This document shows, piece by piece, positions 36,784 to 49,974 of a DNA stretch of 64,000 nucleotides. The DNA is from Paraphysomonas bandaiensis (taxonomy: Eukaryota; Protista; Chrysophyceae). The position numbers and the translations under genes were made by a program. Where the stretch lies: contig CBFFRP010000342.1 of the NCBI GenBank assembly GCA_965644295.1, forward strand, positions 107,129 to 171,128, written 5' to 3'. The notes beneath the pieces were generated by a model. It was not told the DNA's origin and did not search any database. It saw only the letters and a list, made by a program, of their open reading frames with translations. Each line of letters begins with the position of its first letter. The stretch's first letter is position 1.

Positions 36784-39700
36784 ATGTTAACAGTTTGTAA
36801 CGTGTCCGGCAAATACACTGATTGCAAACCACTCTTCGTACAAGAGTTAGATACTGTATTTGTTGCATCTGGATCAGTTATTCAGATCCTATCAACTGTT
36901 ACAGGGGAGTTAGTGAGCAGTTTATGTGGACACTCCTCTGCACTATCTGCCATATCGCTGCATGGAACGCTACCGGATCACGTATGTGTCATATTTATAA
37001 TATAGCATTATATAACTCCAGTTATGTATATATGTATAGATTGTTTCCAGTGAAGTCAGTGGCATTATTATCGTGTGGGACATTAGTAAGAAGACTCAAG
37101 TCTGCAGATATGATGTCGGAGCCTCTGTGTATGACATGGTGCTCTCACAGTATTTGGATAAGTCGACATCTCCTCTTCCGCGTGAATTAGTTTTAGTTAT
37201 TGGTAGAACTGCTAAAGATCAGTCCGCCGCCACTAATAAGAGGTAACATCTTTCATCTTGTGGTGTTTCCAACATGATTATTTTGTGTAGTGATGAGGAT
37301 ATGCTCCGAGTAGTGATATTCAATACTGAAAGGAATAAAGTGAGTCTGTATATTGTTGAATGATATTTGCTGAACGCCATTGCTTTTATTGCAGACCCGA
37401 AAGAAGATTATGGATGTCAGATATCCTCAGAATTGCATGGATGTATTTGCTGGCCCCTCCGGAGGTGACGTGCAATACATTGCCGCCGGACACAAACGGT
37501 AAGGGATGCCCACTTTAACTTTCTGTGTTTCTGACGGTATGGCGAACTCAGAAAGTTAGTATTATGGGGAGTGGGCAATGATATGGAGCGTGGATCGCCT
37601 GGAGAACATTTACAGACTGTGTGTTCTGCTAGTGATACCGCCATTAGCGCAGTGAAAACAGTACAAAAGCGAGGTAACATACCACGTGCGTTCGTTTGGT
37701 GTAGAGGTTTTATTATTGTCCTATAGATATGCTGGTTACGGGACACGAAAGTGGGGAGCTAGTTCTTTGGCATAATGTATCGCACTGGATTCTCAGTGCA
37801 GCTGCTGCACAAGCAAAATCTACTCGACGAGCGTCCAGTGAGATTGCTCCTCCGCCGAGCACAGTGCTACACTGGCACGCCCATCCAGTTCGGGCACTCG
37901 CTTGCTCGACTGATGGAGGTATGATCTTCTCTGGTGGACAAGAGGGAGTACTCGTGTTATGGCAGACCGCATCTATGTCGAAGTCATTTGTGCCTCGTTT
38001 GGGAGCCACCATCAAACACATTGCCTCATGGTGAGGAATAATAATCTTTTCGTTTCTGTGTATTGTCTGACGTTGTATTCTACAGCCCTGGCCAGGCCAA
38101 GGTGTTGGTATCTTGTTCTGATAACTGCTTGCGGCTCATTAATGCGGCAAGGTTAGTGCTCTTTATGCATATTTCGTGTCATTACAGTGTCCTATAGCAT
38201 GAGGGACGAATGGACGCTCCATGCCCCTTCACTTGGCATGAGCTCTAATAGCAGCAAACACGCTGGACTAGCACTTATAGATGAGGACACTGATCCCGCT
38301 GCAGGCCGGCACGCCCGGTTAGCGGTGGCAGGTACTCATATGAGCTATATGCACTCTTATGACCTGACGTTTCCTCGCTGTGTGTAGTTAATTCCATGAA
38401 TGGCTTGGTTGCTACCAATGGCCATCCCGGTCAACTGCAGATGGTAGATTTGTCTCTAGCCGGCGTATCAGCCGGAGGTGAAGGAGGGTGGAATATGACT
38501 TCCCCTTGCCCTGTTAGCGATTCTTTGCAAGTTATTTCATACAATCGGATCTCGCGCATGGAGAACGCGGTAACTGGTTGGGATAAACCTCAGCGATACA
38601 CGAAACTCTTTGTTCCGTCTGTTACGCTTTTCACATTCCGGTCCTACGAGAATCCAACCGAGCATTATATGGCGACAGTGGACGTAAACCGTGGAGAAGA
38701 TTTAGATCCGGAGACCTCGCTGAAGATATGGCGGTGGGTATATACGAGTTCCTCGTCGTCTGGTGGACCTAAATACAAAATCGTTGCTCAAGTGGACCGA
38801 CCCCACTCATCACAGCGCGTAACCGCTATTGTTCTTTTCGCTAATGGTGGAACGGAGGCCGCTAAGCCAGGTAGTCCGGCTCTTGCGTCTTCTTCAGCAG
38901 ATGGCTATGTAAAAATATGGCATTGGTGAGTATGTGGTGCGAATAATGCATTTGTGCTGTTCATTTGGTATTTGCAGTGTTCCGCAGAAGGGTCAACGTG
39001 GAGGGGAGAAGAGTGCTTGGATGTGTGCTTTTTCGTTTAGATACCGATGTTGCGTTGCTGCGGGTCTCTCTGTTTCCCGAGACAGCACCCTTCTCGCAGT
39101 CGGGCACGGGACGATGCTCGGCCTCTGGGATCCAAATACGTGAGAATATTATAGAGTGTAACTGTCTCAATAATATTTGTATGCAGTGCAGAGATGAAAG
39201 GTAGCGTGGCGATCCCACATGTGAAACGCGCTACAAGCGAATCAGACCAAGAGATTTTTCAGCCAAGTATACGGTCTACAAGTTTTGTTGAACCTCGTCT
39301 GTCTGCATCGAAAGGGGGGTCAGTATATATCACTGTTGTAGTTGATAAACTCTAATGGATAAATAGGGGATGTGGAGAGGCATATGTTGTGGCTGTGACT
39401 AGCGGATCCATCAGTGTTCTGGACTTGTTGACAATGGAGATTGTCTGGACAAGGCGTGAGAAAGTTTTCTGCCTTTCTTCTGCCCTGGATGAGGGCTTTG
39501 TGATGACGTTTCCCTCTAAAATGGGTTCTGTGGAGACAAGTGCTACACCACAGCGCAGAACGCGAAGCAATTCAGTACGTGTATTATCTCTTACATGCAT
39601 ATTTTAATCCTTATTGCGTATTTGTAGACATGCGATGAACCTCAGTCATCGTCAAGCAAGGAAGCTTGGTTCGCTGTCAGTACTGCATCTAGCTCTGGTG

Positions 39701-41300
39701 CTGGTGGAGAGGTATGTTGCGTTCCGTCGTTCGAGTGTCCTAATCAGCTACCTACCTCAGGTATTGATGTTCTCACCCAAGAACTCCCAGCCTCTAGCCA
39801 CTCATTCTTTGCCCTCTCCTGTGGTTTCAATGACATTCTGGTCAAACACAGATCCTACTTTTCCCTTTTCACGTAATTGAAACACATATTATAGTCAGTG
39901 AGTTGTGGTAATGATTTCGCAGGGGCTCTCGTGGGTGTATCTAAGGATGCAGAAATGATTTTGATTGCTCCTCCCCACACGTCTGTGTCGTCGACAAGTC
40001 AACCATCCACACAGCCCATGGCCAATCCCAAGGTATGGCGATATGTCCAATGTTGTTGCGATCAATTCCTTGACTTAAACTATGTCAGGCCGGGAGCAGG
40101 AAGGATATGCCTCGTCTGGAAGAGTTTCAGATTCCAGTGTCAGTGGAGACTGCTCGTAATGGACAGGAGGGAAGTGATAGTGAGGTTGGTACAGATGGGT
40201 CTCTATTCCGTTTGCGTGTAATGCTCGAGCCTAGGATGATATGATGGAAGTCGTTGAGACAAACACGAGCAATATCACATCGGAGTTTTTTGATAGCTCC
40301 TCATCTGCTATCCCGCCTGTGTCTTCGCTTTATGGTACTTAGTAGTTTTGCATCTGCGTGACGCTCTTACTTCTTTTTCTCCTACAGCTGGCTTCATGAA
40401 AGAGGTTCTTGGCACGAAGCGGTCCCACCAATCCTCCGACAAAGAGGAGCTGGAATTTGGGAATCGACCTACTTCTCCTGTTGAAGGTTATTGCCATATC
40501 ATGTGTGCTTAGTTGTGTTGTAAAATTGTGTTGGTGTAGATAAGTCACAGTCAGTACAAGCGAAGAGCTTGCCTCCAGCAAAGCGCTCTCGAATTGATGA
40601 GATAGACTATGCTGGAAAAATCGAGCAGTCGCTTATGTCGGTCTTTGGTGCACCCACTGCGCAATCTACACTCAACCACACCGCCTCAAACTCTGACCTG
40701 GTCACTGATAAAAAGAGAAAGGAAAAGTCTACTGAGGAAGTAGTAGAGGAAACACCAGTTGCTCCCACAACCGCGAAGAAAAGTAAGAAAAAGTCTTCTG
40801 AGGAAGTAGTAGAGGAAACACCAGTTGCTCCCACCACCGCGAAGAAAAGTAAGAAAAAGTCTTCTGAGGAAGTAGTAGAGGAAACACCAGTTGCTCCCAC
40901 CACCACAAGGAAAAGCAAGAAAAAGTCTTCTGAGGAAGCAGTTGAGGAAACACCAGTTGCTCCCACCACCGCGAAGAAAAGTAAGAAAAAATCTACTGAG
41001 GAAGTAGTAGACGAGACCGAAGGCGAATCAACAGTGGCGACCACAAAGACTCCATCAAAACCCGTTTCATCATCTACTGACAAAAGGAAATCCGCTAAAA
41101 AGAAACCTGTCCAGGAGTCTACGGAGGAAATGGTTACTACCACTCCTGCGAAAGCTCAAGAGAAAACATCACACAAGGTCAAATCAGCAAAAAAGATAGC
41201 GACTGCAAGCGCTGAAAGTGATGCAGCAAGTGGGACGCAGAGTAGCACTAGTCCCGCAGTGACACGGTCGAGATCGGCTAGAAAGACAAGGAACAAGTAG
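36784..41300 (+). CDS. WDR75: WDR75/UTP17 (Nan1) SSU-processome WD40 protein, many exons, extended K/E-rich tail
   Basis: LHWHAHPVRALACSTDGGMIFSGGQEGVLVLWQ..FVPRLGATI is diagnostic; C-terminal IPPVSSLY..FM block; the last exons splice in frame into ORF 40569-41300. Confidence 0.85.
40722..41015 (+). repeat. 60-bp coding tandem repeat (KSSEEVVEETPVAPTTAKKSK-type, 4 full copies plus a partial)
   Basis: Direct observation in the last WDR75 exon. Confidence 0.95.
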
Positions 41301-42055
41301 ATGCATCGTATTGTCGTGGTAGAATAATAGAAGAAAGTAATAATATATTCAAATGATAAAGATTTAAGATAATAATAATTTTACTATAGTACATATTCTT
41401 TTTGTCTATGAAAATGTTCTTATTTATTAATTCAACGGAACGCTCATATCACTGCCAGGAAACTACAACTTTATGTTAATCAGTTAGACAACGAAAATAC
41501 ACTCCGATATTTCATGAAATTGCAATAAGCTTTAGATTTTAGAAACCTTTGCATCTGCATCTCATGAAGATAAGCTAAAATTAAACCTCTTGGGTTAAGG
41601 AATATCGGCACCTGTTCAAATATTCAAGACCGAGCTTGCATTCGTTTTTAAATTTTACGTTACTACATTAATGGGGCATCTTGAGAATCGTCATACATTT
41701 CAAACTTCAACTACCTTTACTCATTTTATCTATTATAATCTGGTACATTCAGTAGGGTCGTATTGGGACCATAGCAAGTAATAGTTGCTATTATAATTGT
41801 GTACAAATTGCGCCCATTAATAGGCAATTAATAGTTACACTAATCAACTTTTTAAAGGTAATAACAGAACGTTATCGACACTCGAAGCTAAAATCAATAC
41901 GTCTCATCGTTCCCTGATTTTCACAACAATGATATTCTGTTAACAACCTATCAACACTATAGCTTGCTTGCTTAATCCTTGCTTAGCAGTGCCTTTGAGG
42001 TACCTAAGAACATCCCAGGTAGTGAAAAAATCTAGCAAGTGTATTGACAGCAAAT

Positions 42056-42160
42056 CAGGGCTGCGTAACAATTAATTGTAATTATTAGTTATAGTTCGCG
42101 CAATTATAACTGAATTTATTGCAATTAGTTGCAATTTAATTGACAATTATTGTCTAATTA
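42056..42160 (+). mobile_element. Second copy of the CAGGGCTGCGTA transposon-like terminus
   Basis: Matches 2364-2386 and is followed by AATT repeats. Confidence 0.5.
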
Positions 42161-42777
42161 ACTTAGTACTCACTACAAGCACGAATAGCATCGTCAATCG
42201 TACTTGCATTCCACAGAAGTCTATTAAAGCGCAAAACATAATGCGAATGCGATGTCCTATAGACTGTAGAGTGCATACAGCTAGGTACATCAGGGATCTA
42301 ATGAGCTCCTTGTATGGGAAGATTTGAACATATAGTTGATTCTAGTCCGTTAAATGATGGGATTCATGCCAATCATAATTGAATGAGAGCAACATTGGTG
42401 TGGACATTGGTTTACAATTAGACATATCGAATTAGACTCAACAACGCAGCACTGGTAGCCATAATTGTTACAAGACAAGTGATTGCATACATTTATTGCA
42501 TGAAGGAATATATTAGCAGTGTCAAAGCCAACGTAATTAGAAATTCGCTCCCCTTTTGACAGCACAAAAATCCGTTTTAAATTAAGAGTTTCTTTCATAA
42601 TTGTAGGCGTTGTTAATATATTAATAGCACAGTAGGCTCTAGAGATACAAAACATTCACTTATTCACACGATACCAAGTTATAGGTACAATAAATACATT
42701 TCAACAAAGAAGTAAGGTAGTGGCAACACTGCCATTTTTCACTACGATAGCCACAGCAGAGAGTTTGAAATATCATA

Positions 42778-43344
42778 TCACACGTCGAGTAGACCAATAT
42801 CATCTTTACTGTCTGAAACTTCAGCCATAAGAGAGTAAGCTTGGTCGGCATACTCCTTATCCACAACACATAATCCCATATGGGTTTTACCGTTAGGGTC
42901 TCGGAACACAACTGCCTGACAATCAACTATTGGCAGCCGTCTAGTAGTCGCAGTGCTAACTGTCCTTCGACTGGGCGCATGACGATAACTCTGAGGGAAG
43001 ATGAAGACAGGAACTAACTTACAGACAATGATAAGAACAATGAACTCCCATACAGTTAATAATCCGAGCAGCTCTCTGTGTGTGTTTGATAACACAAGAG
43101 CAAAAGAGAAGAATACAAACTGTAGGACCGTATAACTAATCGGTCGAGTGGAGGCTATGCACGTATAGTATGCTATCTCACATAATCTGTTAAGGAGAAG
43201 AGCAAGAAGGAACGTCCATCCAACGAGAGGTAAGAAATACGGTAGCTGTATAGCGAGAGTTAATATGAGAGTGAAGTCTGCTGTACACAACACCATGTGG
43301 ACCCATCCGATGTAACGGTTATAGTAGAGACATATGCAGGACAT
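42778..43344 (-). CDS. Hypothetical small membrane protein (about 4 TM segments)
   Basis: ATG-initiated 188-aa ORF with four hydrophobic stretches and a polar tail; divergent from the GH31 gene. Confidence 0.6.
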   Translation of the reverse strand: MSCICLYYNRYIGWVHMVLCTADFTLILTLAIQLPYFLPLVGWTFLLALLLNRLCEIAYYTCIASTRPISYTVLQFVFFSFALVLSNTHRELLGLLTVWEFIVLIIVCKLVPVFIFPQSYRHAPSRRTVSTATTRRLPIVDCQAVVFRDPNGKTHMGLCVVDKEYADQAYSLMAEVSDSKDDIGLLDV

Positions 43345-44070
43345 GATAGAAGGGGATTGGAAGGAAGGGTTAGATGGGGGGGAGATCGATGAACATTATT
43401 GAAGAGAAGAGGAGTGAAGATCCATGCAGATGATGCCTCACTTAATATACACAGACATGTGTGTGTATGCTGCTGGATATGTACATACATACACATACAT
43501 ACGGGGGGGGATGTGGGATATACAGCACACAATACTCCCTATTTTCTTACCATAATGCTTAATATCCCCACTTTATAGACTTCAAACGCCAGTATTTGGG
43601 AAGGTTACAAATACACTCCTATTCCACAACATTTTCAATACTTTCACAGATTTTATGAGAAAAGTATGGGTTTATAAGATCTAATATTCAAAAACTATAG
43701 TTTCTGGTTCGAAAACAGAAATATATGGGGTTTGTAGTCGTGTTTGTAGCCATGTATGGTAAAAATCGTATGGTACAAATACAGCAGTACTTGTGCTGTA
43801 TATGACGTCACTAATCATATCCTCACCAGCAGCACAAATGTAACTAATCATATAACTGTATACTTATATAGAAGCATATGATTGGTTGATTTACGGTTGA
43901 AATTGCATTCGGGATGTGCCATATACATACACCTCCCCATACTATACTGCATATACATACATATATATGCAATCATATATCCATTCATTGCATATAATCC
44001 ACTCGATGCCTCACTTTCTGATTGTATAGATATCCCACCTTCCACTACCCTCTGAACCTACCAAGAAAAC

Positions 44071-47000
44071 ATGCTCTTCTCACTGCTGTTAGCCTGTTTT
44101 CCACTTTATTTGCTATATGCACAAGAGTGCTCTGACGTGTATCCTCATCTCTCATGCGGTCTTGCTTATGACGACGAAAACAGCTGTCTTAGTGCAGGCT
44201 GTTGCTGGGACCCCAATGAGGAGGCAACTAACAATTGTTTTGCCCCTAAAATTAACGGATATTCAGTCAATATACAGCTGGAAGAGACGGGACGGACATA
44301 TGCTGAGTTGGACCTCATTGAGCCCTCTGGCATATTTAGTGGGGACATTCAGGCACTGAATTTATCAATCACTCAAGAGACTGTTGACCGAACACATATT
44401 AAGATTTCTTCTCCTGGTCGATGGGAGGTTCCTGATAACATCTTGCCTCGGCCTGGTGGGGTATACACTGGAGACGAGGCTCTTACTAAGTATTTGTTTA
44501 CTAATGCCCCGGACGACCCTATGGAGCTCGTGATATCTCGCACTGATTCCGGTCAAGAGATCACAGGAGAACTCATTTTTATATTTAGTAAAATGCTGGT
44601 CTTCCAGGACCAGTACCTGGAGTTTGTACTTGGCATTCCTGAAGGAACTGTTGCTACTTATGGATTTGGTGAATCGACCCGAAAGACTCAGCGCTTGGAA
44701 GTTAATACTACATACACCCTCTGGAATACGGATTCTCCAGCTGCAGGATTTAACAATTCACTGTACGGCACGCATCCGTTTTTTATTCAGGTCATGCCAG
44801 ATGGAAAAGCCCATGGTGTCTTATTCATGAACAGCAATGCAATGGATGTGTCTCTGGCAGATTCCAGCACACTGGGTGGAAGTATTGGAATACAGAGCAC
44901 TGGCGGGGTGGTTGATATATATGTATTTGCTGGTCCTACTCCTGCGGAAGTTATTAGTCAATATCTAGAAGTGGTTGGCATGCCCGCTATGGTCCCCTAC
45001 TGGTCTTTGGGATTCCATAACTGCCGCTGGGGATACCCGGATATAGGGTATGTAGAAGATGTGGTGGCCAACTACTCTGCCGCCGCTATACCTTTGGAAA
45101 CACAGTGGGTGGACATCGATTACATGGATGCCTATCTGGACTTCACTCTTGACCCAATCAAATTTTCCGAGGCAAACATGACCGCTTTCGTTACTTCCTT
45201 ACACAACAACAACCAGCGATTTGTCCCAATCGTTGATCCAGGTATTTACGTTCGCGACCCATCTTATACTACCTTTACTGAGGGTATGGAGCAAAACGTA
45301 TTCGTGATGGACATGACCGGCTCTACCCCTTATCTTGGCCAAGTGTGAGTATTACGTCTGCGTTGTACTACTGCGCATATGTAACTCGCCTATTGTAACA
45401 TAGTTGGCCGGGTCCTACGTACTTCCCAGACTGGTTTGCAGAGAATACTACTTCATGGTGGACTGATCAAATGTCACTGTTCCGTGACCTAGTAGCCTAC
45501 GACGGTATGTGTAATTGCTTGTATTTTTTCGCTTAAGGCGTTCCGTTTTAGGTATTTGGATTGATATGAATGAAGTGGCAAACTTTTGCAACATGGACGG
45601 TCAGGCTCAGGTGTGTGTGCTAAACGCCTCTGATCCTTGCCCCGACAACTCCTGTTGTCTGATATGTTCCACACCCGATCCCGACAACACATATGACTTT
45701 CCACCTTTCGTCCCACATGTTGCAATGGGAACTCTCGGTGGTAAGACGATGTCGATGAATTCTTATCATGCAGGAGGGGTACTAGAGTACGATGCTCACT
45801 CACTATATGGCTTTATGGAGAGCATTGCTACCAGGGAGGCACTGCTCGGTGTCACTGGAAAACGACCTTTTGTATTATCAAGATCAACATTTCTTGGGTC
45901 TGGGGCTTATACTGCGCATTGGACTGGGGATAACGCTGCGACATGGGACGATCTTTCTGCCTCTATCATAACGATGAACAATATGGCACTATTTGGTATT
46001 CCAATGATTGGAGCGGATATATGTACGTCAGCGTCGTGTACATCAATGATATTAATAAGGTGTTTGCAGGTGGATTCTTTGATGACACCACGGAGGAGTT
46101 ATGCACTCGATGGATTGAAGTGGGGGCATTCTCGCCTTTCTCCCGAGATCATAATGACCTGGACTCTGCTCCTCAAGAGCTCTATAGATGGGACACTGTC
46201 GCTGAAGCAAGTCGCACTGTGCTAAACTTGCGCTACCAGCTGCTACCTTACCTATACACACTCATGTACAATGCTCACAACTCTGGAGAAATGGTACACA
46301 ACGCTATGTGGGTTCACTTCCCTGAAGATTCCACAACTTCCACTCGAGACGGACAGTACATGTGGAATGACGGCATTCTCTTTACACCGGTACTTGTGGA
46401 AGGGGCTACATCAGTTACTGGGTACTTCCCTAAGAGCAAATGGTATTCGATGTTTGATGCTTCTATGATTGACGCATCCGCTGGGGGGAAAATGGTTGAA
46501 TTGGATACCCCATTGACCGCCACTAATGTTCATGTTCGGGGAGGAACCGTAGTTCCCATGCAAGGATCAGCCATGACTACTACAGAAGCCCGAGAGACTC
46601 CATTCTCACTGCTAATAGCTTTGGATGAGAAGGGCATGGCAGATGGTTCGCTCTTCCTGGATGATGGTGAACAAGTCTCTCTTAGCGAGTATAGTCGCGT
46701 GGTGTATAGTGTGTCTACTGATGATCAGTCGTCCTCCACCCTATCTTCCACCGCTGTTCAGAGGACATACAATTCCACCGCACCTTTAGGAAGCATCGAG
46801 ATACGTGGGGTAATGGCTGACTATGTAGCGGCCTTGCAAGCAGAAACTTGTGACGCAAGTGTAGTGTTCACTGACTCGGTAGAGCCTGTAGTTGAAACCG
46901 CAGTTACTGTGGGTGATGACTATTCCACTCTCATGATCACCCTGTCAACCTCGGATAATGCGGCCAGTGTAGTCTCTGACTTTGTGGTGTCGTGGCAGTG

Positions 47001-47187
47001 CACTGGACTAAAAACACAATCGAATGACGATGATGAATCTGGATGGAGTGCGCTCCCCTCTTACGCGCAGGGACTGATTATTGCGGCCTCTGTAGTATTT
47101 GGTGTTCTTCTAATTGGTGGAGGAGGTTATTACATTTACTTGTCTAAAGGAAAAGATTCTTCTAATATGGAACGTTCGCTTCTATGA
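44071..47187 (+). CDS. GH31 alpha-glucosidase (signal peptide, trefoil-like N-terminus, C-terminal TM; 4 exons)
   Basis: [25 protein letters not shown], catalytic WIDMNE and [17 protein letters not shown]; introns such as 45345-45403. Confidence 0.95.
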
Positions 47188-47412
47188 TTCTACTAATGGG
47201 GAATCAATTAAGTGGACAAATGAGTAATAATTAATTGAATTCAGTTAGTGATATTTACAACGTAAACTTTCTTCGCTAACTAGACACTTTATGATTGGCA
47301 CAGAACTAATATTAGCCAGTATATAGTATATAAAAGTAAAATTTACACGTTCGAAAGATAAACTCGCGTTATTATGGTAGAGTATATAGTACTAAAGTAT
47401 ATATTAGACATC

Positions 47413-47638
47413 TTAACAACTGAAGGTAAAATTATACTCAATGCTCAGAATTATAAATTATCATCAACATCTCTTATCATGCACCAATTTTATGTTGTTT
47501 CTACTACCACTCATTTCTCGTATGATCTTACATTGTCGCTAACTTGCCTTGTCGCTATATTCCGTTTCAATACTCTATACTTATCGTCATGATATTAATT
47601 CTGCAGCTTTAAATTGCTCTCTAATAGCAGAACTCAAT
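47413..47638 (+). repeat. Diverged direct repeat, copy A
   Basis: Aligns with 49189-49471 (ttaacaac.gaaggtaa..ttatactcaatgct.agaattataaattat ... attgctctc..atagcagaactcaa). Confidence 0.8.
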
Positions 47639-47727
47639 GTAATATAGCAGAATTTTCTAGATTCTAGATTCTATATAATACATATATATATAGCAGAATA
47701 GTAGTGAGGTAGTGAGTAGTGAACGCC

Positions 47728-48715
47728 GTGCCTCGACTGCACACATGAATCCATCACCCAAATAAGGGAAACTGCATTTCAATCGCATAAAAATGTGCTA
47801 CACGAAATACAGAGAACTCAGAACTTACCCAACTGGATCACATCTGCACTGCGGAGACTCTCCAGCAGAGCCTGGAATCCCTCCATCCCACAGGTCGAGA
47901 GATACTGGACTGGAACCATCACAGCAGCCCAACTGGAAACGGTCTTCGGAGATGACATACACAACCACCTGACGGCTCACAGTCTACGGAACCTAGAAAC
48001 AGTGGTTATTAATCTCCTGCAACCGCTTTACACTGCAGCGAAGCTTATGTTACAGGATCGCGGTTGTCGCTATATCACCATGTCCAAAAGGCCGCCCAGG
48101 CTACTCCCGAGACCCCGTCCGAAACGCAGTCAGTCAAGACAACGTCCGAGAGTCCTTCGACTACTAGGGGTCCAACGAAGACCCCCCACAGCGTATCCGA
48201 CTCCAGACACACGTGCACACCTCACAGGTCCTACCCGACAGAGCACTGGACTGCCCAGACCTCCACAACGCCGACGGCTTCGACAACTCTATCTACACCC
48301 GCGGCCCCACAGGAGCACAGTAACACAGACTACAAACCCAACTCCTCCCAACAATCCCCACCACTCTCAACCCACACATCTGGAACTAGGTGCACTCAGG
48401 ACCCTAATTCAGAATGCTGAGCCCCCTCCAAAACCAATGGAGACCCATCCCAAAGGGAGACCCCCAGATCAAAAGCGCCGGTGAGTCCACGGACACACGA
48501 TAAAGGCGAATTTCATATCACACAAAAAGAACGGAAGTGGTTGCACCTTGGTGCTTGCGGCGACGCACAAGCAGCTTTCGTAGCGTTAAATAGTAGGATA
48601 AAAGAGTTTGTATTGATTAGTTACGGGTAGTGGTCTAACTAGTATGACTAGCATTCTTCTAGCCACTAATTGATGCAAGGTCTCAACGCCTATTGCTAAA
48701 TAATCAGACATTCAC
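47728..48715 (+). mobile_element. 5'-truncated non-LTR retrotransposon (LINE 3' end) flanked by an 11-bp TSD
   Basis: TAGTGAACGCC at 47717-47727 and 48716-48726; the open frame begins abruptly at CLDCTHESITQIR (like the tail of a LINE C-terminal CCHC knuckle) and ends at 48484; the 3' UTR is shared with dispersed copies. Confidence 0.65.
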
Positions 48716-49188
48716 TAGTGAACGCCTTATTATTAGCAATAGGTATACAGTATACAACCTCGACTATATATTAGTAGCAGTTCTTGCGTCAACATATATT
48801 ACTTTGAAATATCTAATCTTATTTCAACAAAATTAAATTTAATGTAAGATGAGTAAACTCAATGAACACATAACTGATTTAACTGATAGTATTTATCAAC
48901 TATTCATTTTAACTCTACTGCAAATAAAGGGGTGAAAATGTGCTAATATGCATATAAAGGTGATCACAGATGAATAATTTTATTCATATAAGCAATTCAA
49001 TACACTAAATAAGTACGAAGACCCATATATATGCGCAGTGAATATCAGGATAGTCAGTTATCTCACTCATTTCATATCGTTATAGGTCATAGTACCTCTG
49101 TGTCCTCTACAGGCATAACTGAGGCTGTGAATGATGATAATAAAAGCATTTCTCTGTCAAGGTTTGACATAATATGAGAAGTATTAAC

Positions 49189-49471
49189 TTAACAACAGAA
49201 GGTAACTTATACTCAATGCTGAGAATTATAAATTATAATCAATATCTCTTATCATTCATCAATATCATGTTGTCTCCACTACCACTCATTTCACGTACGA
49301 CGATCTTACATCGTCACTACAACTTGCATCGTCACAATATTCCGTTTTACCGCTATATGCTTATCGTCATTCATTCTCACAATACGATTAACAAGACTAC
49401 AACTGTATAATACAGTAATTTAAATACCTTATAACTACAGCTTTCAATTGCTCTCATATAGCAGAACTCAA
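49189..49471 (+). repeat. Diverged direct repeat, copy B
   Basis: Homologous to 47413-47638, with a small insertion. Confidence 0.8.
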
Positions 49472-49974
49472 CATTCTCGGCACATACATATATATTGAGA
49501 CTTGAGATATACATTTACAGTATATATATATATACATATATACACCTATACAGTATACATGTACTGAATATCTTATTATTAGGAAGCGCAGACTTGTGCG
49601 TTGCGAGACACTAAGCATACATCATCCACTTACTCATACAAGTGCTAAACTTAGATACAACACGATATAGTTAGTGACATGAGCATACGACGAGCTGCGT
49701 GTTTAAGCCGGATCATGCGCTCCTGCCAAATCTACCTTTCTCTCTACTTGCTTGGTTACCTGTTCTTCCTTCTTGTGCTCCTGGAGTTGAACCGCAAACT
49801 TCTTCTTCTGTTGCATTCGTTGTACTCATTCAACCGTCTCATAGCCTAAGGATATACAGTGCACGTCATATCGGTAATATTGTCCTCTAGCAGTGTTCGT
49901 TTGGTGGGTTCGGCCGTCAAACTCGACGTTTAGTCAAACCTCCCTTGTGTTGCACAGCTCAGCTCATGTGTGGT

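Noticed and set aside
40722-41015. Regular repeats as a CRISPR-like array (also 21406-22450)
   Set aside because: Contiguous in-frame coding repeats without unique spacers, in a eukaryotic context.
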